Shown here piece after piece: positions 39,653-49,769 of a DNA stretch of 59,955 bases. The first letter of the stretch is position 1; each line of letters starts with the position of its first letter. The position numbers and the translations under genes were made by a program. Source of the DNA: Candidatus Micrarchaeota archaeon (GTDB lineage: Archaea; Micrarchaeota; Micrarchaeia; Anstonellales; Bilamarchaeaceae); assembly GCA_038046765.1 (NCBI GenBank), contig JBBSVN010000016.1, positions 1 to 59,955 on the forward strand, given 5' to 3'. The notes under the pieces are model-generated. The model was not told the DNA's origin, did not search any database, and saw nothing but the letters and a program-made list of their open reading frames with translations.

Positions 39653-39991
39653 ATGAAACAGAAAGAGATCGTTTGGGTAAACGTACCCTATTCTAACTTT
39701 GAAGATGACAAACCTAGGCCTGCCTTGATTGTATCCAATAATGAATATAACGAAAGAAATTTGGATGTAATTATCTGTGCTATAACATCTAACTTGGAGA
39801 AAAAACCATACAGCATATTTATTTCGAACGAAAATTTTAGCATTGGAAAGATGCCCATTCAAAGCAAAATAAAAGTAGATAAAATAATGCAGATAGAAAA
39901 AACCAGGTTAAAAGAAAAGATTGCTGTTTTAAATGATCAAACTTTCGATTTGGTTATTATGGAGCTTTTAAAACTAGTTTCTCGCCCTTAA
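39653..39991 (+). CDS. MazF/PemK-family toxin
   Basis: EIVWVNVPYSN...KPRPALIVSN...ICAITS. Confidence 0.9.
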   Translation: MKQKEIVWVNVPYSNFEDDKPRPALIVSNNEYNERNLDVIICAITSNLEKKPYSIFISNENFSIGKMPIQSKIKVDKIMQIEKTRLKEKIAVLNDQTFDLVIMELLKLVSRP

Positions 39992-40944
39992 TTCCCAGCT
40001 TTTCGGCTAAACACTTCAATGCATTTCATAAGAACATTCTGCGGATTAGCTCCTGGAATAGAGCAACCAGCTGCTTTAGCGTGTCCGCCTCCATTTCCTC
40101 CAAAAGAAACAGCAACTTCTTTCATAACTTCATTTAAATTAACATGGACGCGTCGCCTTCCTCTAGAAGATACGCGGCATTCGTTTTCCTTCTCTTTATA
40201 ACTAGAAATAAACGCAACATCGACAAAATCGCTTAAAATTCCTGAAGCATCGCTTTCGTTAGATCCAACTTCGCTAATAACAACTACGTAATCTTGAATT
40301 ATGTAATAAGTCGACCTTTGTATTGCCTTTAAAATTGCGATTTTCGAATCGGTAGTATATTCGTACTCTCCAAGTGCTAAAATTTCCTTGTAGTCCATTT
40401 TTGCAATTTTCATGAGCTTTGTTAGCATTTCAAATGTACTTATTTTTCCATTCTTGAATCTCGCAGTATCTGCGATTATTCCGCAGCAAAGCGCTTTGGC
40501 TACATTTTCATTTTTTATTTTTGGTAAAAAGCTTGCGATAAATTCAGCGCATGATGGAGCTGTCTCATCAAAAAATTCGTTCTCTGCTTTCATATCTCGC
40601 CCATCTGCTCTGTGATGGTCTATAATACAAATAACATCCCATTCTTTAGCGGGTTTAATTAACGCATAACTCGAAGTATCAGTTACAATCAGGCCATCAA
40701 ATTTGGATTTATCAAGATTAGTTAAAATCTGATACTTTATTTCTAGTTTTGCAGCTAATGCTTTAGCCTGGTTGTTCATTTCATCAGGAACAACTACAAT
40801 TGAATTAGGAAAAACAGAAGAGACTGCAAATGCAGAAGATATTGCATCAACATCTGCCTTCGCGTGAGTTGAAATAACAAATTTCTTTTTCTTATTCTTC
40901 TTGGCAAATTCTGCAAACTTTTTTCTAGTTTCTTCTAAATCCAT
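39988..40944 (-). CDS. DHH/DHHA1-family phosphoesterase
   Basis: THAKADVDA, IDHH, GIIADT, GGGHAKAAG. Confidence 0.9.
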   Translation of the reverse strand: MDLEETRKKFAEFAKKNKKKKFVISTHAKADVDAISSAFAVSSVFPNSIVVVPDEMNNQAKALAAKLEIKYQILTNLDKSKFDGLIVTDTSSYALIKPAKEWDVICIIDHHRADGRDMKAENEFFDETAPSCAEFIASFLPKIKNENVAKALCCGIIADTARFKNGKISTFEMLTKLMKIAKMDYKEILALGEYEYTTDSKIAILKAIQRSTYYIIQDYVVVISEVGSNESDASGILSDFVDVAFISSYKEKENECRVSSRGRRRVHVNLNEVMKEVAVSFGGNGGGHAKAAGCSIPGANPQNVLMKCIEVFSRKAGN

Positions 40945-41021
40945 GTTTATCTCCTAAATTTTAAATAAATCAAAGTCAAAAGGTCAAAAATAAATATTAA
41001 AAAAATTAAAGTTAAATAAAA

Positions 41022-41390
41022 TTAAGCCATTGCGCCTTCCATTCCACCAAAACCAGCTCCCTTCATCTTCTCTTGCAATGACTTTTGCATTGAAAGAAGC
41101 GAGTTTCTTAATTTCTCCTCTTGTTTATCCATAGTGCTTAATCTTATCTGGATCAATTCTTTTCTTTCTTTTAAATCCTTTTCAGCATCATCTTTGGTAC
41201 TTTTTACCATTACGCTGCCAATTGATTTGTAAACTTCTCCGCTTGTTTTCTTTAACTCTTCAGTTGCAAGACCGATTTCATTTAGTTGTAATTGTAACTG
41301 GTTTTTTTGTATTACTAGCATCTGTAATTGTCTTTCTAAATTTTCGTATTCAACTATTGATTTTTCCAAATCTGGGTTTATTTTTTGCAT
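41022..41390 (-). CDS. pfdB: Prefoldin subunit beta
   Basis: Coiled coils flanking VYKSIGSVMVK; conserved cluster position. Confidence 0.92.
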   Translation of the reverse strand: MQKINPDLEKSIVEYENLERQLQMLVIQKNQLQLQLNEIGLATEELKKTSGEVYKSIGSVMVKSTKDDAEKDLKERKELIQIRLSTMDKQEEKLRNSLLSMQKSLQEKMKGAGFGGMEGAMA

Positions 41391-41437
41391 TCAAATCTAC
41401 CTCTTAAATATTCAAGATTATAAATATAACAAAGCTT

Positions 41438-41677
41438 TTATAGTTGTTCTGCTTCTATGCCTTCTGCAATCTGTAAAACACGTAAATATGCGTTTATTGT
41501 AGCACGCAGAGAAACGATGTCCTCTGATTCAAAGTCAACTATTAACGTGTTCGCATCTGCTGAAATCTTTGATGTAGCTCGCTTTGAGAATTCTTCTTCC
41601 TGCTTTAATGCTATAACTGCGGCAGAAACTTCTTCTTTAGTTTTAAACTGAATCTTTATCTGTGTTGTGTTTTTCAT
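41438..41677 (-). CDS. pcc1: KEOPS complex subunit Pcc1
   Basis: EDIVSLRATINAYLR motif. Confidence 0.85.
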   Translation of the reverse strand: MKNTTQIKIQFKTKEEVSAAVIALKQEEEFSKRATSKISADANTLIVDFESEDIVSLRATINAYLRVLQIAEGIEAEQL

Positions 41678-41949
41678 GAATTATCAACTTCTTTAGCTAG
41701 CTTTATTTGCCCATCAATCCAACTCCACTTACCAAGTTCATCAATCGTAATAAATTCAATAAAAGCAGGAATATTCTCTTTGTTTTCCTTTACGATACAA
41801 ATTCTGTGTTCTCCTACTTTTCTTGAATAACTAGCTAATTCGTCAATACTTTTCTTTGTCCTTGAGATATAAACTGTATTAAAAATAGAAGATAATTGCT
41901 TTGCAAGTTCTTTTGTGCTTTTAGAGCAATATCTTGATGTAGTAAACAT
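41674..41949 (-). CDS. Short Brix-domain (Imp4-like) protein
   Basis: FTTSR..SKSTKELAKQL...SRTKKSIDEL; position between rpoP and pcc1. Confidence 0.75.
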   Translation of the reverse strand: MFTTSRYCSKSTKELAKQLSSIFNTVYISRTKKSIDELASYSRKVGEHRICIVKENKENIPAFIEFITIDELGKWSWIDGQIKLAKEVDNS

Positions 41950-41956
41950 ACAAAGA

Positions 41957-42091
41957 CTAATCAGTTGAAGCTTCTATTGCAATAGGTGGTCTTGCTTTAA
42001 GTAACATCTTTGCACCAGTTGGTGGAAACTGAAAGTTTGATCCTTCAATTTCTAAAATCTGTTTGTTTTTGAAATCGATATAATATCCCAT
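41957..42091 (-). CDS. rpoP: RNA polymerase subunit P/Rpo12, lacking all Zn-binding cysteines
   Basis: 44-aa MGYYIDFKNKQILEIEGSNFQFPPTGAKMLLKARPPIAIEASTD in the rpl37ae-rpoP-brix slot, GGTG RBS. Confidence 0.75.
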   Translation of the reverse strand: MGYYIDFKNKQILEIEGSNFQFPPTGAKMLLKARPPIAIEASTD

Positions 42092-42120
42092 CTGTTAAAC
42101 ACCTTGAAAATAAATTAAAT

Positions 42121-42363
42121 CTACAATTTTGCGTATTCCTTTACTAATCGTGCACAAATTTCTCCAGCTTCACTTGTTAATGAGTACGCTCCGCCAGCAT
42201 ATACACTTTCACAGGCATTGCATCTCCAAACAGCATTCATCATTCGCTTAACTTTGATTTTACTGCATTTTGGGCAGTGATATAAAGCGCTTTTACTAAG
42301 GAGTGCTGCTTCTACTAATTTTCTTATTTTTGCACCGTATTTTTGTGTTCTTAAGTATCCCAT
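42121..42363 (-). CDS. rpl37ae: 50S ribosomal protein L37ae
   Basis: KYGAKIRK, CPKC, WRCNAC, AGGAY. Confidence 0.93.
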   Translation of the reverse strand: MGYLRTQKYGAKIRKLVEAALLSKSALYHCPKCSKIKVKRMMNAVWRCNACESVYAGGAYSLTSEAGEICARLVKEYAKL

Positions 42364-42478
42364 AGGTATCAACTTATTCATATCTGCTCTATAATTATGT
42401 TCTTATCATGGATTAATCTAAGCTTTTAGCATTATATTTATGCTAGAGAGGCTTTTAAAAACGTTTACTTTTAGTTTT

Positions 42479-43270
42479 TTACTGTAAAATAATCTTTCTT
42501 AAATCATTTCCTCTTTTAAATGCGACTTCTATATTATCCATAAGTTCCTGTTTTGTTAATTTTCCAGGTCCTTTTTGAATTGCGCAAACGTGATCTTTTG
42601 TTGTTGCGATTGTTATTTTTGTATCTGCAACTCTTTCTTCATCTGCTGTTGGATCAACTAACCATGTTTCTCCAATCTTTACAAATGATGTCGTAACTGG
42701 GTGGCTGGTTAATTTTAAAAGTCCAGTATATTCCCCTCGAACTATTACATTATTTTCTATTTTTGGCATTCTTGCGCAAGTAAGGGCAGACATTGCAGAT
42801 ATTGATGCTGCATCAGTATAATTTCCTGAATAATCAAGAACATACATATCTAAGTAAAGAGAAAGCACTTTTCCTTCAGTAATAAAAAATGATTTGAGGT
42901 CAATATTATTTGAGCTTCTTATTCCCCTATCAACTACTCTCGCTAATTCAATTGCGTCTTCGTTTGGGGGACCTGGTTCAAAGCTTCCATGTGCTAATGG
43001 TAATAAATCCGCGTTACTTACCATAACACCTTCCTTTGGTCTATCTGGAAAAGGCGTTACTACATCGAATTTTGCACCAACTAAAACTTGTGTGTTGCCT
43101 AGTTTTGTCAATGCACTTCCTTCTGCATTAGGAATCGCATTTTTCTGTACTTCGATTTTCCTGTATTCATCAAAGCCTCTTTGGTCGAGTCTTTGACCTT
43201 TTTTGAGCATACTTTGTATTGCGTCCCTTTTTATTTGGGTCATTATTAAATCTTTTAATTCTTCAGCCAT
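42479..43270 (-). CDS. rrp42: Exosome subunit Rrp42
   Basis: RLDQRGFDEYR, FEPGPP, ELARVVDRGIR. Confidence 0.95.
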   Translation of the reverse strand: MAEELKDLIMTQIKRDAIQSMLKKGQRLDQRGFDEYRKIEVQKNAIPNAEGSALTKLGNTQVLVGAKFDVVTPFPDRPKEGVMVSNADLLPLAHGSFEPGPPNEDAIELARVVDRGIRSSNNIDLKSFFITEGKVLSLYLDMYVLDYSGNYTDAASISAMSALTCARMPKIENNVIVRGEYTGLLKLTSHPVTTSFVKIGETWLVDPTADEERVADTKITIATTKDHVCAIQKGPGKLTKQELMDNIEVAFKRGNDLRKIILQ

Positions 43271-43288
43271 AGTATAAACACCATTTTC

Positions 43289-43351
43289 TAGCTATTAGCC
43301 ATTAGCCTCTAGCAGGTAGCCACTTGCTACTTGCCACAAGCCACTAGCTAA
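43289..43351. repeat. Nine exactly 7-nt-periodic degenerate repeats between rrp41 and rrp42
   Basis: TAGCTAT TAGCCAT TAGCCTC TAGCAGG TAGCCAC TTGCTAC TTGCCAC AAGCCAC TAGCTAA. Confidence 0.88.
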
Positions 43352-43353
43352 TC

Positions 43354-44100
43354 TTATAATACAAAATTTCCTTCTTTTTGATCGTAAACTGCAATAAGTG
43401 CTTCGGATTGTTTTTTGTGTATTTCTTCTGATTTTTTTATTGCCAAATCAATAAGATCGCTTATTTCCTCCTTTGTAAGCATACCGTCCATTTGGATTAG
43501 TAATAATTCTTTGTTCCTATGTGAAACTGCAACTGGGAAGTCACTTTCTCCAAAGTTATCCTCTTCCTTTGCTAAGTCAACAACCATTTTTCCATCTGCT
43601 TTACCTAAAGCTAGTGCGCTAACCATATCTTTTAGGGGTATTCCTGCATTAGCTAAAGCAACGCATGCGGCTGTAATTGCCGCAGTTCTTGTTCCACCAT
43701 CTGACTGTAATATCTCCATGTAAATATCTATTTCTGTTCTTGGGAAAGATTCGCTTATTATCAGATTTTCAAATACTTCGCGAATTACTTTTGAAAGTTC
43801 AGTGCTTCTTCTTGAAGGCCCGCTTCTTCCATGCTCTTCAAGAGAACAAAATGGTGCCATCATATATCTGCACTTAATTAATGCTCTATAAGGTGATGCT
43901 TCGAATTTTGGGATACACTCTCTTGGACCATAAACTCCGCATATTATCTTATTTTTTCCCCATTCTACGTACGCGCTTCCTGCAGCCTGTTTAAGTACGC
44001 CCGCTTCTATTCTTAAGTTTCTTAAGTCTTCTACGCCTCTTCCATCCAAACGTTTACCATTAATTATTAGTTCTGGTTTTCCATCGCTGTTATTAGACAT
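43354..44100 (-). CDS. rrp41: Exosome exonuclease Rrp41
   Basis: RLDGR, VYGPRE, SRRSTELS, SDGGTR, EEDNFG. Confidence 0.96.
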   Translation of the reverse strand: MSNNSDGKPELIINGKRLDGRGVEDLRNLRIEAGVLKQAAGSAYVEWGKNKIICGVYGPRECIPKFEASPYRALIKCRYMMAPFCSLEEHGRSGPSRRSTELSKVIREVFENLIISESFPRTEIDIYMEILQSDGGTRTAAITAACVALANAGIPLKDMVSALALGKADGKMVVDLAKEEDNFGESDFPVAVSHRNKELLLIQMDGMLTKEEISDLIDLAIKKSEEIHKKQSEALIAVYDQKEGNFVL

Positions 44101-44127
44101 AAATTTCACCAATAAGTTTTATTTTTT

Positions 44128-44739
44128 TTACTTCTGCGATTTTTTACTTTCTAAAAAAGCTTGCATTGCATCCGTTAATCCTGTTGTGTGTGCTTTTTTA
44201 ATAATCATTTCAATTGATTCAATAGCAAGCGGTATATTATTCTTTTCGCTTATCCAAACATAACCGTTGTTACCTACGAATATTTCGCCACCAGTATAAT
44301 TTTTTATCAAATCGACCATGCTATTTTTTCTCCCAATTATTCTTGGGACTTTGGCTGGAGGAACTTGTATTATTTCCCCCTTAGGTAGTTGCATAATGTC
44401 TTCAAGGTCGACTTCGCCAATTTCGCTTACTGCCATTACCTTTCCAACAATTACATTTCCAATATCTAGCCGTACTCTTAAGAATTTTGAGTGAACGAAT
44501 GCTGAAGAAGGGGTGTTTAAATCAAGAGCGTATCCTGGACCGCGTGCATCGGTTACTAAACCAACTACGGAGTCCCCAATTGATGGTCTATATCTTGCTT
44601 CTAAGGGAATAAAATGGCCCGCTTCATCTAAGCTGCCCATAACTGCGGCATAAGTTGCCTGACCATCGCTATACGTATTTGGAATACTAAGCCTTCTATC
44701 TGCTAATTTATGTCCGGGGAGAATAATTGCCTTTTGCAT
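44128..44739 (-). CDS. rrp4: Exosome RNA-binding protein Rrp4
   Basis: YRPSIGD S1 domain, KVPRIIGRKNSM KH motif, VGNNGYVWI. Confidence 0.92.
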   Translation of the reverse strand: MQKAIILPGHKLADRRLSIPNTYSDGQATYAAVMGSLDEAGHFIPLEARYRPSIGDSVVGLVTDARGPGYALDLNTPSSAFVHSKFLRVRLDIGNVIVGKVMAVSEIGEVDLEDIMQLPKGEIIQVPPAKVPRIIGRKNSMVDLIKNYTGGEIFVGNNGYVWISEKNNIPLAIESIEMIIKKAHTTGLTDAMQAFLESKKSQK

Positions 44740-44833
44740 CAAAAAACCTCGAATAAGTATTTTTATCCATTGTAAAATAAATAGTGTATCCTATTCTCGA
44801 CAATAGTAATATGGAAGAAAAGCGTTTAAAAGG

Positions 44834-45532
44834 TTATTTATTTGGAATGATTTTCGTTTCGACAGTGCCAATAGTAAGTTTATTTATTTTATCATAAAAT
44901 TCTCCCTGCATTCCTGCAAATATTTCAACCATACAAATAAATGAACCATCTTGTGCCCACTGTTCCTGTAAAATCCCGTAACTTTTAAGTGTACCATAAC
45001 ATCTATGTGCGTGCTCTGGCGGAACTTTAATTGCGATTCTGACCTTTTCGAATTTTATTGGTAATATGAGTTTTAATTCTTTTACAATATCGTTTAGTTG
45101 CTCTCGTGGGTCTTTAAATGGATCTATCCCAACTTTTACTTGTTCAAGTGCGTTTTCAATCCGAATTGGTGTATGTGGTGCATTTGTTCTTGGGTCAATT
45201 GCTTCACGAAGCAAAATTGCAATAATCTGCTTTCGTTTATCTTCTATCTTTTTCCTTCTTTGATCAGTAGTTAATTGTACCTCTCCCTTTTCCATAACTA
45301 ATTCAAGTATCTTCATTATGTCTGTAGTTCCAAATACTTTTTGCAATTGGTCTGCTTTAGCTTTTTCTCCTTTTCTTGCGTCAATATATACTTCTTCGGC
45401 AACAAGAATATTCTTCAAGTCTGTTTTTTTCTTTTCAATGTAAGCGTAAGCTGCATCCTGATCTACGTACAATTCGAACCTCTCTCCTGCTTTTTCATAG
45501 CTTGCAATAATTGCCTTATCTAAGGTTGTCAT
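44834..45532 (-). CDS. Ribosome maturation factor SBDS/Sdo1
   Basis: [35 protein letters not shown]. Confidence 0.93.
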   Translation of the reverse strand: MTTLDKAIIASYEKAGERFELYVDQDAAYAYIEKKKTDLKNILVAEEVYIDARKGEKAKADQLQKVFGTTDIMKILELVMEKGEVQLTTDQRRKKIEDKRKQIIAILLREAIDPRTNAPHTPIRIENALEQVKVGIDPFKDPREQLNDIVKELKLILPIKFEKVRIAIKVPPEHAHRCYGTLKSYGILQEQWAQDGSFICMVEIFAGMQGEFYDKINKLTIGTVETKIIPNK

Positions 45533-45592
45533 AAAAATCAATTATTAATTTAATTCTAAAAATATTTAAACTTACTATTCCCAAAGCTACTT

Positions 45593-46474
45593 ATGTCAAA
45601 AACCAAAAACTACAAAAAACAAAAAAAATTTGGAACTAAGTCCTCTGATAATTCTATTTTGTCTAAGAATTTTTTAATTGTGCTTTCGATTGCGGTTTTG
45701 CTTGCTTTTGGGATTTTTTTATTTCTGCAAGCGCCATCTAATAAAACTCCTATCAATACTACAATTAAATCAGATACATCGAATCTCTCGCAGCCAACTT
45801 CTTCTAGTTTACCTTATCTAAACCCTAGAGCTTACATAACTTCTAGCGATCCAGTTATTGGGAACACTAGTTCAAAACTAACAATTATTGAATTTGGGGA
45901 TTTCCAGTGTCCTTATTGTAAAACGTTTTATATTGAACAACTTCCACTAATAAAAATAAATTATTTAGATACTAATCTTGCAAGTTTTATTTATCTGAAT
46001 TCTCCTTTTCCTAGTTTACATGATAAATCAGTTGACGCGTCTCTAGCTGGTTTTTGTGCAAAAGAACAGAATAATTTTTACCAGATGCACAATTTATTAT
46101 TTGAAAAACAAGATGCTTGGAATAGAACTCACAAGGAATTATTTAACAATATGCTTCTTTCTTATTCAAAAGAACTAAACCTAAATCAATCTCAATTTGT
46201 TAGTTGTTTAGAAAGTAAAAAATACGCTAGTGAACTTGATGCAGAAATAAATGCCAGTATGTCTTTAGGGGTTAGCGGTACTCCGACATTTTTTATATTA
46301 ATACAAAAAGACAAAATAAAAGGTTTGGATTTCCAATCTAAATTCGATCAAATCCGCTCGAATAGCGTTTCTGGTTTTGCACTTACTCCTTATCAAAACG
46401 AAAAAGATTATGTGATTGTTATAAGCGGGTTTGTTGATTATAAAACGCTTAAAGCGGTACTGGATATTAATTAA
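45593..46474 (+). CDS. Membrane-anchored DsbA/thioredoxin-like protein
   Basis: EFGDFQCPYC, GVSGTPTFF, N-terminal TM. Confidence 0.9.
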   Translation: MSKTKNYKKQKKFGTKSSDNSILSKNFLIVLSIAVLLAFGIFLFLQAPSNKTPINTTIKSDTSNLSQPTSSSLPYLNPRAYITSSDPVIGNTSSKLTIIEFGDFQCPYCKTFYIEQLPLIKINYLDTNLASFIYLNSPFPSLHDKSVDASLAGFCAKEQNNFYQMHNLLFEKQDAWNRTHKELFNNMLLSYSKELNLNQSQFVSCLESKKYASELDAEINASMSLGVSGTPTFFILIQKDKIKGLDFQSKFDQIRSNSVSGFALTPYQNEKDYVIVISGFVDYKTLKAVLDIN

Positions 46475-46522
46475 ATCTACTATGGGGTCATTACTCAATG
46501 CACATGATGCATTGCTAATCAA

Positions 46523-47050
46523 TTATTTCTTACTCCTAGCATCATCAACAATTGCAAGCCATGAGTCCCCAATTTTCATTAAATAGTTTCCGAATGTTTT
46601 GCTTAGTGAAATTCGCATTGGTCTAAACTTTCTTTTACTTTCTATGGCAACGATTGTATCTCGTTCAATTTTTATCATTCCAACTCTTTTTAACCTTGGT
46701 AAAACTCGGTTGTAAAAGGTTGCTTTTGAAATATCAGATGAATTAACAAACGAAGCTAAATCACTTCCTTCTAGGTATGTTTTTTCCATTAATAGTTTCA
46801 TAAAGGAGGTTGCGGTTTCGTAATATTTCGCCTGGTACTTTTTAGAAAAAACAAAATTAATCACTTCATCTAAATTCCATAAATTACGTGTCGCATTTTC
46901 ATCCTTATCCTGGAAATTCCTAAGTTCCTCGCTATCATATCTTGGAAAATAAAGTGATTCGTTTGAAGGTACTCCGCGTGATGCGATTGTTTTTTTCTTT
47001 TCTGTGCTTTGAGTTAGCTCATCCTTAAGTTCAATCATAAACATCATCAT
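46523..47050 (-). CDS. Hypothetical winged-helix-like protein
   Basis: ISKATFYNRVLPRLKRVGMIKIE; start uncertain. Confidence 0.6.
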   Translation of the reverse strand: MMMFMIELKDELTQSTEKKKTIASRGVPSNESLYFPRYDSEELRNFQDKDENATRNLWNLDEVINFVFSKKYQAKYYETATSFMKLLMEKTYLEGSDLASFVNSSDISKATFYNRVLPRLKRVGMIKIERDTIVAIESKRKFRPMRISLSKTFGNYLMKIGDSWLAIVDDARSKK

Positions 47051-47294
47051 GATGACCGAAGTTAATAAAGCATACTAATTTTTCATTTTCATGTATTTCA
47101 AAAATAAGAACAAAACTTCCAATATGTGCCCTACAACAACCTTTCAAAACATTACCTAATTCTTTGTAATGGTGTGGATTTTCTAAAATTTGATTTATCT
47201 TTTTTATTATTCGTTCGTAAAGTTGTGGGTCATTTTTTTGTGTTTTTAAAAGTATTTTTGAAAAGTTTTCACTTTGATCAAAAGAATAAAGCAT
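47031..47294 (-). CDS. RelE/StbE-family toxin
   Basis: KKINQILENPH.YKELGNVLKGC.RAHIGSFVLIF...HHDDVY. Confidence 0.85.
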   Translation of the reverse strand: MLYSFDQSENFSKILLKTQKNDPQLYERIIKKINQILENPHHYKELGNVLKGCCRAHIGSFVLIFEIHENEKLVCFINFGHHDDVYD

Positions 47295-47303
47295 AAAATC
47301 AGC

Positions 47304-47522
47304 TCATTCTTTTAAAGTTTTCAAGTATGCTTCCATTTCTTGCGTAGATTTAAAAACTGGGCTTTTCTTACCTTTTGTCATTTCTTCTCTTATTTTGAGC
47401 GTTTCTTTGACAAATTCTTCCTTAAAAGGTCTCTCGTGAATTTCTTCTTCAACATCTAAGATAATCTGCTTGTAGTAAAGTAGTTCCCTATATTCATGTT
47501 TAGAGATAGTAACGTTTTCCAT
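47304..47522 (-). CDS. Putative antitoxin of the RelE toxin
   Basis: MENVTISKHEY...EEFVKE...FKSTQEM..YL, directly upstream of the toxin. Confidence 0.7.
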   Translation of the reverse strand: MENVTISKHEYRELLYYKQIILDVEEEIHERPFKEEFVKETLKIREEMTKGKKSPVFKSTQEMEAYLKTLKE

Positions 47523-47568
47523 AAAAGCACCAATAAGATAAAACAAATAAGAAATAAAAGCTTGTTGA

Positions 47569-47877
47569 TTAACCAAACATACTTCCAAATCCGCTTTCAG
47601 CAGTTTCTTCTTCTAGAACAATTTTTTCAATAACTCTTTTTTCAACTTCAGTTGAAGCAACTTTAGCTAAAGGTTTTAGTTTTTCATCTGCTTTCTTGAT
47701 AAATTCATCACTACCGGAAATGTATAAATACATCTTAGTTTTATCTTCTGATAAACCTGCACCATCTCGAACTTTATAACCTACTCTTGCAAAGCTATCT
47801 TCTGCATATGGGTCAGTTTCAAGCATTTTTGTTATATCTGCTTTCTTGTTCATCTCAAATTCGTATACTCTTTTCAT
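47569..47877 (-). CDS. Hypothetical acidic protein
   Basis: 102-aa ORF ending AESGFGSMFG. Confidence 0.7.
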   Translation of the reverse strand: MKRVYEFEMNKKADITKMLETDPYAEDSFARVGYKVRDGAGLSEDKTKMYLYISGSDEFIKKADEKLKPLAKVASTEVEKRVIEKIVLEEETAESGFGSMFG

Positions 47878-47893
47878 ATAAATTACCTTTTTG

Positions 47894-48619
47894 CTACTTT
47901 CTCATACCACTATTAGAAACAAGTATTAAAGAACCTAATGTTACTGGCAGTGTAATAAAGAATGTAAATATATTTAACAAAGGTATCAAAAGCGTAATTG
48001 CCGTTAGTGAAAAAATTATGTACAGTCCAAATGCTGCAATTCCCTTGTATCTGATTATCCTAAATGCATTTCTTATTGATGCAAATGCACTTGTCTCAAA
48101 AAGTGACCTTGAGATAAAGCTGTAAATAAATATAAAATCGACAAAGAATTTAATTCCTATGAAAATAGCTGCTAAAACTATTTCTATATACGGAATATTT
48201 AGTTTCTTTAGAGCAAACAGATAAAGAGCAACTAATGGGGCTGCTAAAATCATTTCAATTAATAGTTTTATTACTAATATTGTGAAATATGTTCCTGCCT
48301 TTGTAATTCCATATCTGAAAAATGATGTAAAATCTATTTTTTGTCCCTGTAAAATATTATTTATGTTTTTAAGGTACGACCCGAATAATCCCGATCCTAT
48401 ATACAATGTTAAAATAATTGCCCCCGCTGCAATTGCAATCATTATTGGAGATTCAAGCGTAAGTCCAAATAGTGACCCAATTAAAAATGCCGTAAAGAAG
48501 AATCCCCAGACTGCCAAAGATGCAAGTAACTCTGAAGCAAGATAAAATACTGACAATTTTAAAAATAATTTAGCCTTTTTTCTATAGTTTCCAAAAGATT
48601 GTTGTAAAAATCCGAGCAT
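47894..48619 (-). CDS. Hypothetical multi-pass membrane protein
   Basis: About six TM helices. Confidence 0.7.
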   Translation of the reverse strand: MLGFLQQSFGNYRKKAKLFLKLSVFYLASELLASLAVWGFFFTAFLIGSLFGLTLESPIMIAIAAGAIILTLYIGSGLFGSYLKNINNILQGQKIDFTSFFRYGITKAGTYFTILVIKLLIEMILAAPLVALYLFALKKLNIPYIEIVLAAIFIGIKFFVDFIFIYSFISRSLFETSAFASIRNAFRIIRYKGIAAFGLYIIFSLTAITLLIPLLNIFTFFITLPVTLGSLILVSNSGMRK

Positions 48620-48714
48620 AAAAAAGATTTGAAGTGAAACTATTTAAATACATATTAGCCCGATAGAAAAAAGATTGGACAGTATATAATCAAATTTAAA
48701 ATAATATAATTCTA

Positions 48715-49677
48715 CTAACTTGAGCTTTTTAATGCAAATTCTCTTGCCCGTTTGTGTAATTGTTTATTCGCAAAGCGTTCCATCCTTATTGCTCTAAGCA
48801 ATATATATCCTAAGTCGTTTATGTGCTCTTTAGCATATCTCCAATCCTGTAGTTGAAGTCTAGCAAAATGCGTGATCTGTTCTTCTATAATATTTTGCTG
48901 ATACATCGATATAACTGCTTCAGATATAAAATCTGGGTTTACTTCATCTTTTCTTAGAGTAACATCAAATTTTTCATCATCAAAAAATGTTGCCATTCCG
49001 CAATGAGCATAGCCTCTTGGGATTGCGATACAGTTTCGGGGATCTCTTGATAGTTTTTTTACTAACTCTAGTATAAATTTGTCCCTAATAAAATCAAATT
49101 CATATAAATATTCTATATATTCTTTTAGCATGGCTGGAATTAATTGAGAGTTTAAATCTTGTTTGTAAATTTCTTCAAAAACTAGATTATACCTCCAACC
49201 CAATATTACTGACTCAGCTTTTTGGGGTTCTATTATGCATTTAACTGAATCTGGTTTTTCTTGATTCAATAAAATAATCGAATCATTAAACCCCCAAGAA
49301 TCAAAATGCAATTTATAATCTATGAATTCTGAAGGTATCTCTCTACCTCTGTTCATTGTATGTGCAAATAACTGGTTTATGCTTGCTTCTCTTTTATCTA
49401 ATCTCTTCTGGAGTTTTTCAACTAATTTTTTTCTTTTTTCACCTTTGAGATTAATTAAACTAGACCACTTAGACCTATCTGGAAATTCGCTTAAGTCTAA
49501 GCTTAAATTTTCATAAATTATATTGACTTTTTTATCTTGTTTTAGAACGGTTTGTTCAAGAAATAGTTCTATGGATTTTTTAAAAAAACTTGAACTAGGA
49601 GCCTTTGAAGTATCATGTCCTGTGTGGGATCCAAAAGCTAACAATAGCGGTGTCTTTACCATATCATTTAAATTCAA
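48715..49677 (-). CDS. Hypothetical protein
   Basis: About 320-aa ORF; G.H...E...RD...RGYAH pattern loosely recalls TIKI/TraB-like folds; start uncertain. Confidence 0.55.
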   Translation of the reverse strand: MNLNDMVKTPLLLAFGSHTGHDTSKAPSSSFFKKSIELFLEQTVLKQDKKVNIIYENLSLDLSEFPDRSKWSSLINLKGEKRKKLVEKLQKRLDKREASINQLFAHTMNRGREIPSEFIDYKLHFDSWGFNDSIILLNQEKPDSVKCIIEPQKAESVILGWRYNLVFEEIYKQDLNSQLIPAMLKEYIEYLYEFDFIRDKFILELVKKLSRDPRNCIAIPRGYAHCGMATFFDDEKFDVTLRKDEVNPDFISEAVISMYQQNIIEEQITHFARLQLQDWRYAKEHINDLGYILLRAIRMERFANKQLHKRAREFALKSSS

Positions 49678-49769
49678 GAAACAATTTATAAAATGTTAAT
49701 AAAAGTAAAAATAAGGTTATCCCTGGTAAACTACTAATATTTATATTCCAATCCTGTTAATTCCTTTAT

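Noticed and set aside
43289..43351. Heptamer arrays as CRISPR
   Set aside because: Units are 7 nt, degenerate and have no spacers; no cas genes are present
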